Part shown: positions 51,843 through 64,000 of the stretch, in pieces | Numbering within the stretch: position 1 is the stretch's first letter | Layout: every line of letters starts with the position of its first letter | Assembly: GCA_964234715.1 (NCBI GenBank) | Contig: OZ174282.1 | Strand: one strand, 5' to 3' | Length of the DNA: 64,000 nt | Origin: Podarcis melisellensis | Taxonomy: Eukaryota | Translations under genes and position numbers: made by a program | Notes under the pieces: model-generated | Databases searched by the model: none | What the model saw: only the letters and a program-made list of their open reading frames with translations | What the model was told of the DNA's origin: nothing

Positions 51843-52140
51843 GATACTAAATTGGTCAGGGTTGTTAAAATAAAGAGATCGTGAAGAGCTGCAAAAGGAC
51901 CTCTCCAGTCTAAGTGAATGGGTAGTAAAATGGTAAATTCAATTCAGCAAAACAAGTGTAAAGTGATGCATGTCAGGGCAATTTTTATTATTATTAATTT
52001 TACATATATTCTCATGCTGTCTGAACTGGAGGTGACAGACCAGGAATCAGACCTTGGGGTCATATAGTAGGCAGCTTGATGTGGCAGTCATGAAAAAGGC
52101 AAATTCCATCTTAGGGATCCTTAGGAAAAGAAATTGAAAA
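51843..52140 (+). mobile_element. Old CR1 reverse transcriptase fragment
   Basis: DTKL..EELQKDLSSLSEW..KCKVMH, with frameshifts. Confidence 0.8.
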
Positions 52141-53767
52141 TCTAGAATGAAATCAGCATGTTCAGAATAAGCTTATATTATTCCAGACTGAGGGGGGAAA
52201 TACCCTTTCATGCTACAAATGAGTTAGGGTGTACAAGAGTCCCGCTCTCTCCTACTCCCAGTCCTAAATTCAACTCACCACAGTTACTCATCAGTTTGCG
52301 AACTGTTTTTTAAATAGGAAGTTCTCATGAAAAATCATTAGCATTTTTGTGTACATTTCTTCTAATATGTAGTACGCTTTTTCACACTGTTTTTACTTGT
52401 TATGGACACTGTCTCCTATTATAGACATTTTCTCCTGCGCATTTTCTGCTCGCAGAACTGCAGAATTGCAAAATTCAGACATGTGACTCTGGAAGGATCT
52501 GTGTGTTTTGGTTCAGGCAGTGGGAATTAGGGAAGTTCACATGAAAATGTAACCTGAATGGCATTTCTACACACACACACACACACAATCCCCAGCTTCC
52601 AGGAACCAATCCAGCCTACCTACAATTTTCATCTCTTTGCCTTAGCTACCAAGGAGTGAAAGGCTTAGCACTTAGCAGTGCTACAGGATCCCTCCTTCAT
52701 GACCCTCCTCTGCCTCCTCTCCCCTCCAGGTGAGATTGCAAGGGGGGTTGCCAGCTCTCAGCTGCCTTCTAATGAATTCCTTGCCTTTATTAAAGTGTGC
52801 CGACCAGCCCCTGTAAATATTCCATCTCTCCTCTCCATTGCACCACATTGATCACGGGGGCCTGTAGACCAGAGATAAACTTCCTCCACATTTATTTTAA
52901 TAACTTCCCCTCTTGTTGGCATGAAATGTGACCAGACTTTTGAAGGAGAGAGACTGATGTGAAGTCAGGAATCCTTGGCTCCCTCTCCTGCGGAAAGAGA
53001 AAAGTTGGCAAGCAGGAAGAAGAATGGGGGCCTGGCTGCTGCCAAGGTGGCCCCCTCCCTTGCCTTCCTTCTCTCCAGGAGAACCCCCTGCAGCTGAGGC
53101 CTTGGGCTGCTGAGCTGGTGGAGAAGGCTCAGACCATGTTGGATGCTGATTGAAAGAGGAGGGGGAGAACTATGTATGCCGCACCTGGAGATCCTGGGAG
53201 GAAAAGGTGGGATAGAAATGCATTTAATGACTCACTTAGTCACTCACTCACTCACTCACTCACTCAATCAATCAATCAATCAATCAGGTGATCACAGGGT
53301 TAGTTACAATAACTTAAAATACAGTAAAGCAATACAGTGCAATTAAAGCTACCCAGTGTTTGAGGGCTATCAGAGTGATCAGTAAACCCCTGCTGGTAGA
53401 AACAACATAAGAATATAAGAGGCTGCTGGATTCGGCCAATGGCCCTTCTAGTCCAGCATCCATTTCTCACAAGGGCCAACCAGATGGCTCTTCCAGGAAA
53501 CCCTCAGGCAGGACCTGAGCTCCCCACCCCCTGCGTTTTCCAGCACCTGGGATTCAGAAGCATTCCTGCCTCCAACTGTGGAGGTAAGTACCTAAGAAGA
53601 GCCTGCTGGATCAGGCCAGTAGCCTATCTAGTCCAGCATCCTGTTCTCACATTGGCCAACCTGATGCCCCCAAGGGAAACCCACAAGCAGAATTTGAGCA
53701 CAAGACCACACTCTCCTCCTGCAGCATCCAGCAACTGAGATTAAGAAGCATCACTGCCTCCGACCTT

Positions 53768-53978
53768 CGTGCCCAATGTATTGTTCTGCTTTCCTTTGGA
53801 CTACATCTGTCGTCTGGGCAGCCCAGGACCTCCATACACACTGCTCAAGCTTGTGGCCCCAGGAGGTCGCTTCAGTGCTGCTAACACAGCAGAAACAACA
53901 TGGAAGGCAGCAGTTACTAGTTATCGGTCTCTGCAGTCACAGCCGGCGCTGTGATTCTCCAGTGGTTTGACTTCACCA
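53768..53978. mobile_element. Retroposed insert (possibly RTE-related) within a CR1 3'UTR
   Basis: Flanked by the perfect 15-bp repeat actgcctccgacctt. Confidence 0.55.
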
Positions 53979-55544
53979 ACTGCCTCTGACCTGCAACTGC
54001 CTCCGACCTTGGCAGCAGAGCACAGCCGCCCTGGCTAGAGATGGGTAGATTCTTTGCTGGCCTAGAAAGTCCGGGTGCAGGATACTATCCAGTCCAATCT
54101 GCTTTTTTTAAAAAAAATAATAACCTGGCAGTGGTTTATTGTCCTGTTTGGAAACTTCCCTTTCGATCGTCGCAGCTCCAGGCACACCTGAAGAAGAGCA
54201 ACCATCCTCTTTTGAACCTCTGCTGGTCTGGCTTCTGACTCACTCGTGAGGCTGCCGGCAGATACCTGGCTCACTATTTCCACCTAGAGATTGCCAGGGC
54301 AACTGTACCCTTTTCAAGGTGACCCAGTGGCATTCTTTGTCAGGCTCAGCTCACGGGAAGGAGGAGGGGGGTGATTCTGCGTAGTTGGAGGAAAAGGCTT
54401 CTCCATTTCTCCTCCGCCTCCTGCCCTCCCCTCTCCCCCCCCCACCAAAGACTGTTGTTTTCAGTTCGGCTGCAGCGCCTGTCTAGAGGAATGCACAGCA
54501 AAGAGGCCCCATCTCCTTTGTTCCCCGTGGAAAGGCTGTGAGCAGTTTCATCCAACCTGCCATCTGGGACTGGGCTCCCTCCAATTAATTTGCCAGTCCC
54601 TTGGGCATGCTGGAAGGGGAATTGAAACATGAAAAAAGAGAGTGTGTAAATCACATCTTAATAGACTCGTAAAACACACGCAGGCATTCAAAGTGTGGTC
54701 CGAGAAAACTGCACAGACACCGAACAGGCAAGGTGCATGTCTATGGACCTGCCACTCAAACGGCAAGGAAGTTCCCCTTCCAGAAACTCTCACAGTGTAA
54801 ATCTCGCTGATCCCTCTTGCCGGATGGAGGCTCCAAATGCGATTCAGGAGTTATACTGCTCTGTCATTTCCTCTTCCTGGGAATGCCAATCACCTGGCAG
54901 TAATAAGATGGGTTACATCTGCCACATGCCAAGTGCGCTAACTTAATAAATGCCAAATCATAGACACAAATTTGTTGAATCGCGGAGCGGTGGGGGTGGC
55001 GGTGAGGGAAATCCTTCAGATAACCCATTTCAAGCCTTGCCTAACAAGCATCTGCCTAAAGAGGGCAGTTTTCATGCTGGGGAAACCCCTGGTGGGGGCT
55101 TCTCCTGGAAGCCAAGCATCCCTAAGAAACAGCAGTGCCTCAACTCCTGACCTTCCTTCTTTGTTAACTGCATTATATCCCGTCTTCCTTCCAAGGAGCA
55201 GAAGATGGCATGCCTGGGTCTCCATGTCTCCCTTAACTGACCCTCACAACAACCCTGTGAGGTAGGCCGAGAGAGATGGCCCAGGGAGCATTGTGCCTGA
55301 GCAAGGATGTGAGCATGGCTCTTCCCAACCCTCCCCAACCCTCTTAACCACTAGGCTGTGTGAGTTTCCTCCAATGTCCTCTGCATTGTGCAGCTACAGT
55401 GGAAAGTTGGAGGTGACTGAAGAGGCCAGAAGGCTTGGCTACCATAAACCTCTATGGACTGAGGGTGCACCCCTGGGATATGCTGCCCAATCCTATGCAA
55501 CAAGCAGTGGTTCCTTAGCAGGGCAGTCAGTTTAAAGAATCGTA

Positions 55545-55746
55545 GAAAAGACCCTGATGTTGGGAAAGATTGAGGGCACAAGGAGAAGGGGACAACAGAG
55601 GACGAGATGGTTGGAGAGTGTTCTCGAAGCTACCAACATGAATTTGACCAAACTGCGGGCGGCAGTGGAAGACAGGAGTGTCTCGCATGCTCTGGTCCAT
55701 GGGATCACGAAGAGTCGGACACGACTAAACGACTAAACAACAACAG
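55545..55746 (+). mobile_element. BovB 3' end inserted in a CR1 tail
   Basis: aaagaccctgatgttgggaaagattgag...gactaaacaacaac. Confidence 0.92.
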
Positions 55747-55998
55747 CAGAATTGTGGAGTTGGAAGGGTCCTGTGGTCATCTAGTGCCAACCCCCTGCAA
55801 TGCAGGAATTTCAATTGAAGCATCCATGAGAAATGGCCATCCAACCTCTGCTTAAAATTATCCAACGATGGAGAGTCCACCATCTTCCGAGGGAATCTGT
55901 TCCACTCTCAAACAGCTCTTACCCCCAGAAAGTTTCTCCTAATGTTTAGTCGGAATCTCCTTTCTTGTCATTGGAATCCATTGGTTTGTGCCCTATGG
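55747..55998 (-). mobile_element. CR1 3' fragment
   Basis: Homologous to the other CR1 ends. Confidence 0.85.
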
Positions 55999-56547
55999 TC
56001 TCTGTTAACCCACCACACAGCAGCAAGGTTTCAGCCAAGCAACAAACCAGCCGATAAGTGGATGCCACTGGAATTCTTCTTTGTGGATTAGTATTTTCTC
56101 CATTTCCCCAAATAAAAGACTCCGCGTGTTTGACACCCTCCCTTTTGATGCCATATGTAAAGCAGAGTTGTTGCTCGGTAATTATTTCCAGGCCCGGTTT
56201 CAAGGTCGCCGGATCAAACGGTGTTCAAGAGGGAGAAGCACACGCTGCATTGTCCTTCATGTTATGATTAAAAGAAGTGAGACCAAGCAGTGGCAGGAAG
56301 CAGGGGGGGCACCTGTTCAGCAAGGTAGCGCTCTCCTCTCGCACAGAGGAGAAGTCAAGGGTTCCTTTGAGGGCTTTGAAGGCAGGAAACTCCGCACAGT
56401 GCCGCGAGAGATTAAAGATCCCCCTCTGCCATTTCACTAGGCCTGCAGGAGGGGACAAAGCGGAGGCAGTAAACTGTGTGTGTCAATTCAGAGGGCAGCT
56501 GGTGGAGGAGGTTGCCAAGCTAAAACACAGACACTTTGGCAAGTACC

Positions 56548-56550
<3 letters not shown>

Positions 56551-56597
<47 letters not shown>
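56551..56597. repeat. (TC)n microsatellite
   Basis: Directly visible. Confidence 0.97.
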
Positions 56598-56602
<5 letters not shown>

Positions 56603-59600
56603 GAAGAGCTTTATTTGGAAGGTATCTGGAAAATTGCTCCCCCATCCTCATCATAGGTGAGAGAAAAAAATTCAGCTCTTTGTGTGCAGCTTCTCTTATG
56701 CCTCATCCATAAAGTCCAGTTAGTGCACAATGCCTACTTTCCAACAAGATGTGGCCCAAATCCAGAACGCCATCTTCTGGGTCCTCACTCCTATGCGAGT
56801 CACGTGACCTGCACGAGATCATGCCTGCCCCCCAAAAAAACACTTTTTCCAGCACAGCACCCCAAAACATGTGTTTTCAGGTTCCATGCCCCAAAAAAGT
56901 GCTGCCCAAAATTGTGCAAGATTGTGGAAGCCATTTTGGCCACTGTCCTCTCACAAAAAATACCCCCCGGGGTGTCCCACTTTTTCCCAGGGCAGTTGAT
57001 GGGTATGCAGAAATTTGCCCAATGATTGCTCACAGAAGTGAGGCCTTGTCAGCATATAACACCTGTGTGTATTCTAAATGCATATCAGAGGTCCAATTTG
57101 CTTGCAAAACTCAACTTTTTGTTTTCCTAATTGTATTACTTCCTCTCATCTCAGTTTCTCCACCTATGCATGAATGTTGGATACTGGGTTGGAGAGAAAC
57201 TGGGGGGAAATGCATTTAGTGTGGTCTTGCTGATGCCTTAAGAGGCTTTTTAAAAAATCTGCCTTTTCAAACTACGTAGCTCTCAGAGTTGTAATACATT
57301 TTTTTTAAAAAGAGAAATCTTAATTTTGAATTCACATTCCAAACGTTTGCCAAATTTTGCACCTCTGCCCAGTCCCAAGGCAAAACTCTTACGACCCTGA
57401 GCTCAATCTCCTACCAAAAGGGCTGGGGAACCAACCCCCATATGCCACTTCCTGAGAGTTTACAGGACTTCCTTCTCCATGTCTTTGCTGCCAGGAAAGG
57501 AAAAGTAAGTCAAAACTCAGGTGCAGCGCTTGGGTGTATGGGTGTCAAAAAAGAGATATCAAAACCCTGCAAGAAAAAAAAACTGGATGTGGCAATCTGT
57601 CTTTCCTTCAAAATTATCATCTCTCTGAATTTTGTGAGACAACTCCCCAAGCAAAATGCATCCATGAGGGGGAAGTGTGCATGGAAAACCTGAAAGATGC
57701 ATTAAATTAGAAGGAAACGCCTGCAAAAATGTGCATAAAATGTAGGCATCAGGAGAAATTTACACTAAAATGCTGGCGAATGTTCACAAGAACCTTTATT
57801 TTAAAAAAACAAAAAACTCATGAACTGTGCTGAACTGAATTCAAGACAGGAGGAAAAATGAGAAAGCAAATTTGAGGAACCTGCCCACCCCTACTGTTAA
57901 TTACATGCAATAAAGCAATTGTGCACAATTTCTCTTATTCTGCAGCATCTGCTTTATTCTGAATTTTTGCACAATTAACTCTGCTGGGAGTGGGGCAAAA
58001 AGGGAAGTGAGTGCTGAGGGCATCTGACCACTTGAAATGCCATCCCACAACTCTTTTGGCTTCTGACAGGGTTTGCTGCTGCTGCTGCTGCTGCTGTTCA
58101 ATGAAACCTTTGATTGTCAGAAAGCTAAATTTTTCATCCAAGGCCCCACCTAGTGGCTTTTGTGCCTTCCCTCAGTATTGCACCAGGTACCAAAAGGCCG
58201 GGCTTCATTTTTTCCCGCAGGGAGAAAACTAGGGAGGCTTTTTGCAATGGCCTTTACAAAAGGAGAGGAGTCCCATCCAGCAAACCCAATTTTATAAAAA
58301 AAATCCAGCCAATGGACCATGGAAACAGGAGCACAAAAGATATTAAATGTTGCCACCAGCTAGGAAATCTGCCTGCATCTTCCAAAGTACAACTGCAGAA
58401 AAATTCCTTCCGTACTTGTTGCACAATTCTATTTAATGACAGGTTGTCAAATAAGCTAGCTGACAGGTGAACAAAGAGCTGAGGAGGGAGAAGAAGATAA
58501 GGCACAGAGGCTGCTGGCTGTGTGTTGGTGATGAGGACTGTGAGGGCTACTAGCCATAAGTGGCTCTGCTCTGCCTCCACAGCTGGTGGCAGCAATGCTT
58601 CTGAATACCAGTTGCTGGAAACCACAGGAGGGGAGAGGGCTTTTGTGCTCAAGTCTAAGACCAGCAAGATCCAGGTTCAAATCCTTGCTCAGCCACGAAC
58701 CTCACCATGGACTGATGACTTTCCCCCAGCCTGACCTACCTCACAGGGTTGTTTGGACGTTCTAATGGGACGTAGGGAGAACTAACATGAGAAAAGGGGA
58801 GGAAAGTATAATAAATAAGCAACTGCTGTGCCCAAACACATCGCTTTCCTTCTGTGCTTTTGGCCCAGAGCTGCCACCTGGCTGGTTTTCAGCCACCTGT
58901 CCTCCTGCTGCCGCCCATCACAGTGTTTGGCTTCTCTGTTGCTTCATGTTTTCTCTGCAACTCTTTCTCCACAGCCTGTTGCTCTCCTGACAAGAAGAGA
59001 TTTCCAGAGCTGTCAGGTGCTGCCATCTATGGCAAAGAGCTTTGCAGAGAGGAGGAGGAGAACAAGCAACCGCAAAGGAGCTTTGAGGCTCAAGAGTCCG
59101 GCACGCCGCCCAGATTTTTACTGGGAACTTCCAACAGGGCTCCATCCACCCCAGGGCCATTTCTGCTCTTTGCCACATCTCCCCACAGAGCACAATGGTC
59201 CTTGTGAATTTCTGTGGTGCCGAAGTCTGCAGTGAGGAATCGGAAGCCCATCCCAAACACAGAATTTCATCCTTACCATTCTGGGAGTGTGTGCCATTTC
59301 ATTGTCATGCGGCTCACGCCAGCCCCTTTGAGCGATTAGCCGCACCTAGAATGAATCACAGGCATGGGGAGGCTGGGATCCTGGTATCACCCTCCCTCCC
59401 TGACAACTGCACATTGGTAAGCATTCAGCGATCGGGGTGGAGCAGGAGATCAAAGTCCCTGCCTACTTAATTTAGTTCTATATACAGAATGAATTCTGCA
59501 AAGGGGTCACGTCTCTCTTTGAAACTTCCTGCTTGGTTTTTCACTTGTTTATGTTATTTGTTTGTTTGTTTGTTTGTTTATTGTGTCTCTACACCACCTT

Positions 59601-59889
59601 TTTTTCTCAAAGGAGCAAAAAGTGGCATAAATGTATCTCCGCCCTCCCCCATTTTATCCTCACAACAACCCCGTGAGGTAGGTTAGGCTGAGAGGCTGTG
59701 CCTGGCTCCCAAATGAGATTCATGACCAAGTGGGGATTTGAACCCTGGTCCAGCCACTACACCACACTGCCCCTCTGTTTATTCAGTGGGCGCAAGCTCC
59801 CCCAACCAAGTGCCCTCCAGATGGTTTGGACTACAAATTCCGGCTGGCAATGAGAACTGTTGCTGGTCTTCACCACGCAGGCGACAACC

Positions 59890-60075
59890 TTTGTCCATCT
59901 AGCCCTGTTTTGCCCACTCGGACTGGCAGCACATCTCCAAGGCCTTGGACAGAGATAGGTGGGACTCTTTGCCCCCCTCTGCTATCTGCTGTGTTTTTAA
60001 TTGGAGATGCTGCTGGAGAATGAACTGGAGGGTCTTCTGCATGCGAAGCAGATGCTCTGCTGCGGAGCCAGAGAC
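59890..60075 (-). mobile_element. Old tRNA-derived SINE (cttctgcatgcaaagcagatgctct family)
   Basis: Similar degenerate copies near 10860-10925 and 27330-27460. Confidence 0.5.
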
Positions 60076-60339
60076 CCTCCCCTGCCTCCCCCTGCCTCTG
60101 CAATCATAACTGATGCCTCGTGCTGCGAGGTGGGAAGCTCTTAAATTCATATGCTATGCTCTGTGATTAGCAGAGTCCAAATTCCTCTTCTAACTCCAGC
60201 CCATCAAGCACAACATTGAAATGATCAGTTGCGGCAAGAAAGGGAGGCGGTTGAAGTTAAGACGCAGGGAACTCCGACCCGCTCGCTGCAGGGAGGAGGA
60301 GGGGGGTTGCCTGAACAGAAGATGAGCTACTGAATACTG

Positions 60340-60640
60340 ACAGGTTGCCATCCAGCCTCTGTTTACAACCTCCAACAAAGGAGAGTCCACCAATTCTGAG
60401 GGAGTCCATTTCACTGTCAAACAGCCCTGAGTTAGAATCTTGTTTCTCGTCATTTGAATCCATTTGTTCGGGTCCTGTCCTCCAAAGCAGCTGAATACAA
60501 ACCCTTTGGATATTTGAAGACAGCCATCATATGACCCACAGTCTTCTCTTCTCCAGGCTAAACATACCCAATTCCCACAGCCGTCCCTCATAAGGCTTGG
60601 TTCCCAGGCCCCTTATCATCTTGTTCGCCCTCCTCTGCAC
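60340..60640 (-). mobile_element. CR1 ORF2 3' fragment
   Basis: VQRRANKMIRGLGTKPYEGRLWELGMFSLEKRRL. Confidence 0.88.
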
Positions 60641-60909
60641 AGAGCCAGACTCCCAGTTTTGTTCCCTGTAAGGTGCCCAGGGAAGGATTGAAATGGAGAC
60701 TCTTCTCAGTGGGACCCCAGTGGGACCTGACTCTCTTGTAGCAGTTGGCCTGAAGCACTGCTGCCTCTGGTGGCCAGAGGCTGATACTGCAGATACATGC
60801 TTAGCAGGAATCAAGTGACAGGGAGCCAATGGAGTTCCTTGTGGTCCTATAAAATTATTGATACCTTGCAGACACAAAATGATCCACCAGAGACAGCCCC
60901 TGCTGGAGG

Positions 60910-61245
60910 CATAAAAGGGAGTCCTTCTTCACACAGCATGCAGATTAACTACGGAACTCACTTCCACAGGAGGCAGCTGTGGCTACCAACTTGAATGGCT
61001 TTAAAAGAGGATTAGACAAATGCATGGAGGAAGAGAAGTCTATATGTTCCTACTGACCATGATGTCTATGCTCTGCCACCACAGTTGGAGGCAGCAATAC
61101 TTTGGAATATCAGTTGCAGGAAGCCACAGGAGGGCAGAGGGGTCTTGTGCTCAGGTCCTACTTGCCAGTTTCCTTTAGGGCATCTGCTTGGTCACTGTGG
61201 GAACAGGATACTGCCCTGATCTAGCAAGCTCTCCTTATGTTCTTG
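60910..61245 (+). mobile_element. CR1 3' end, long-UTR subfamily
   Basis: ggctttaaaagaggattagacaaat...cttatgttctt; inverse of 677-990. Confidence 0.8.
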
Positions 61246-62970
61246 TGTTTCCTTGCCCGCTTCTGGACCCCAAACACAGACCCCAGAATCGTGGTTTTGT
61301 GGGTCCTTACAAGTGATTGAATTGCATAGCTGAAGCCTTATAAATGCTCCAAGGGGTCTTCCGGGATGCAGCTGGTCACCTCCTGCCCCCTATGGGCCTG
61401 TTTCTCCCCCCCCCCAGTCCCCCTGCCATGTACCCCCTGCTCCCTGAGCCGCTCACCCCGCTCCCGGTCTGAATGGCAGAACAGTTAATAAGGAGTGCTT
61501 TTCCTCTATTCTACTCAGAGCCGTGATGGAAAATACATTGGCTGGAAGTGAGACAAAAATCAATAGCCCATTCCATTTAACAGGGCGACTGCCACAGTAA
61601 CTAGATTGAAGTGGATTAGGTGCCTGCTGTTTGGCTGACCCAGGCAGCCACAGCATTCCAGGGCAGGCGCAGAGGACTGGCCTGCCGCAACAGCCTGGAA
61701 CCCCACCTGCTCTTATCTATTAAATACCAAGCGCCCAGCAAGCGAGCGAATGAAAGAGCAAGCGCTCTTCCTCTCAGGCTTGTCACCGTTTGCTTTCCCC
61801 GGCTGCGGAAGGAGCAAAGTCAACAGCGGCATTACTAGATTTATGGGCAGCTTGCAATATCTCCCAGCTTTCAGAAAGCGGGGGGGGGTTAATGTGAGGG
61901 TGCCAAGCCCAAGGAGTTTGGGCTCTGTGGAGAGGAGGGGGATCTGGATTAACACACCCCCCCCCCGGGGTTCCTGTTGCACCTGTGGTGTGGTGATCAA
62001 GGTGTTTATTATGAAGCAGGTAGCCAAGGATGCAGGTTCAGCCTGTGTTGGCTAGACAGGGGGCCACAGAAGAGAGGTGACTTATTTATTTTATTTAGTT
62101 ATTTCATAAACTATATACACCATTTGATTGTTGCTGGGGGGGGTTAAAAAAGTAAAGTGGTTTATAAAGAGAATAAAACAATAAAATTATCAACAGAATA
62201 GCATTCAAAAGATAAAATCAGCAGTAAACTAAAAACAGATCATCACATACAGTAACATTCTACATGTCTGGGTAAAAACAATAATAATAATTTTACTATT
62301 TGTACCCTGCCCATCTGATCAGGTTGTTTGTCGCAGGCACCGAAAAGAGTCCAGTGAGGGCACCTTTCTGATGTAAATAGGCAGGGAGTTCCAGAGTATA
62401 TAATAGAGGTGAAAATGTCAGGATGCTCAGTCCGTGCTTTAGCGGAAGGAGGGGAACTGTGCTGCAATGTAGTTTCATCTCAAATTCAGTTGTGGTTCTG
62501 CCTGCATTTACATAAAGGGGCAAAAGCTTTCTCTCTCCCTCTTCTCATGGGAGAGGGAACTTTTGCAGGAAATCACATCGCTGTTTGGAATGGAGGGCTG
62601 AGGTGGACAAGAGCAGCACTAAGAGAAAGATTAATCAGACGCTGTGAACACGTGAATGCAAGCCACAAGCTGGGAAAGCTTTATTGAGATACCAAAGTGA
62701 CGCCCCCTGAGGCCAAATGACTCCAGGCAAACCCAGGTGGATCTTCAGGATCAGGACACTGAAGATAGAGAAAGCCTGGGGAAGATGATCGAAATCAGTC
62801 ACCCAGCATCCCAAGGGGGAAGACAGCTGTCAAAGGATATGAAAACTTCGCATGTTAATAATCCTTACAATTTTGCCAAAGACTTAATGCCCAGCCTGTC
62901 AGTAACACTGACAGAAGCTATTATGGAAACAAGATTGGAATATTTCAGTAGCACCGGCATCACCAAGGCT

Positions 62971-63119
62971 NNNNNNNNNNNNNNNNNNNNNNNNNNNNNN
63001 NNNNNNNNNNNNNNNNNNNNNNNNNNNNNNNNNNNNNNNNNNNNNNNNNNNNNNNNNNNNNNNNNNNNNNNNNNNNNNNNNNNNNNNNNNNNNNNNNNNN
63101 NNNNNNNNNNNNNNNNNNN
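62971..63119. other. Assembly gap (149 N)
   Basis: Run of N. Confidence 1.
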
Positions 63120-64000
63120 GACACCAGCTGAGCGGCTGGGAACGGGCTGGATAATTGCAGATGAGATTAATTCACTCTATATAGATTTTTCCCTTAGTGC
63201 ATTTTAATTAACTGTTTGAATCAGCAAGCCTTTTCCCCAAAACATTGTTACATCTTTATTAATATTATTATGGCACTTTTTCTTCATGTTCTATCTCTCT
63301 CCCTCCATCTCTCTTCCTCCTTCCTCTCTCAGCTCTTGAGCATGGACAAAATCCGGATCTTGGATAGATGTGGATTTCTTCTCCTCTGTGTTATCAAGGT
63401 CTGCCATCACTAGAGCAGGATTTCCCATCCACCTCGTATTGGATTCCCCAGCAGCCCCCCCCCTTTCTCCCTCCTTCCCCCACAGAATGCAGCTTGGCTC
63501 ACTCACTTACTCACCATCTGGAGCTCTGTGCCGCCCCTCTTGACAGATCACCTGCTCACTGCTCAGGGCCCACACCTCCAAAGGTCAGATCAAGGTGTGG
63601 CCCTGATTACCTAGCAGAGGGAGATGTGGACCCCCCCCCCTGCCAGCTGAAAATGGGAGCAAATAGAACACACCAAAATAGCAGGATTTGACCAGTTAGT
63701 CAAACCAGTTAGCTTTGCAGAGGAGCTACCCTTGGAAAATCAGGCCAGGTCCATGCTGCAGCATGTCCTGCATTCTTTGGAGAGACTAAAGAGTTCTGGT
63801 CCAGGATCAATGTATCCCCCTCGCTTTACTACCCAAGTCCTTACAGTTTTAATTGATAACACTGGTCAACAACAAATTAGTTGTCTGCGTTTTTTCAGCT
63901 GATTTAGGATGAATCTGATGCGCTGAATCCAAAAATCACATTAGTTTTGCTCAATCAGGTCAAGTTTTTGAGCTATGGCCACATGTCTTTTTTTACGTTT

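Noticed and set aside
62737-63207. 156-aa ORF
   Set aside because: Spans the N gap, has a GTG start, and no homology is recognised.
1-64000. CRISPR array, operon or other prokaryotic system
   Set aside because: The DNA is vertebrate; direct repeats occur only as pairs or triplets, not regularly spaced arrays, and no long ORFs are present.

Overview
Non-coding, repeat-rich vertebrate DNA from a squamate reptile, probably a lacertid lizard. The basis is Sauria SINEs, BovB with (CAA)n tails, MIR-like (Squam3-type) SINEs and squamate CR1/L2/L1 3' ends, all recognised by eye without a database search. I find no host protein-coding exon, tRNA, rRNA or CRISPR array that I can support. Every ORF I can recognise is a retrotransposon remnant (CR1, L2, L1, BovB, RTE-X). 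The window also holds three solo LTRs, several Tc1/pogo-type and hAT MITEs, nested insertions with readable target-site duplications (TSDs), microsatellites and a 149-N gap. Between the repeats are TE-free stretches with clustered developmental transcription-factor motifs, consistent with a gene desert or large intron containing enhancers; this is inference only. I cannot support a new biological system. The best leads are unusual chimeric mobile elements, a GC-rich insert flanked by 33-bp direct repeats, and candidate enhancers.
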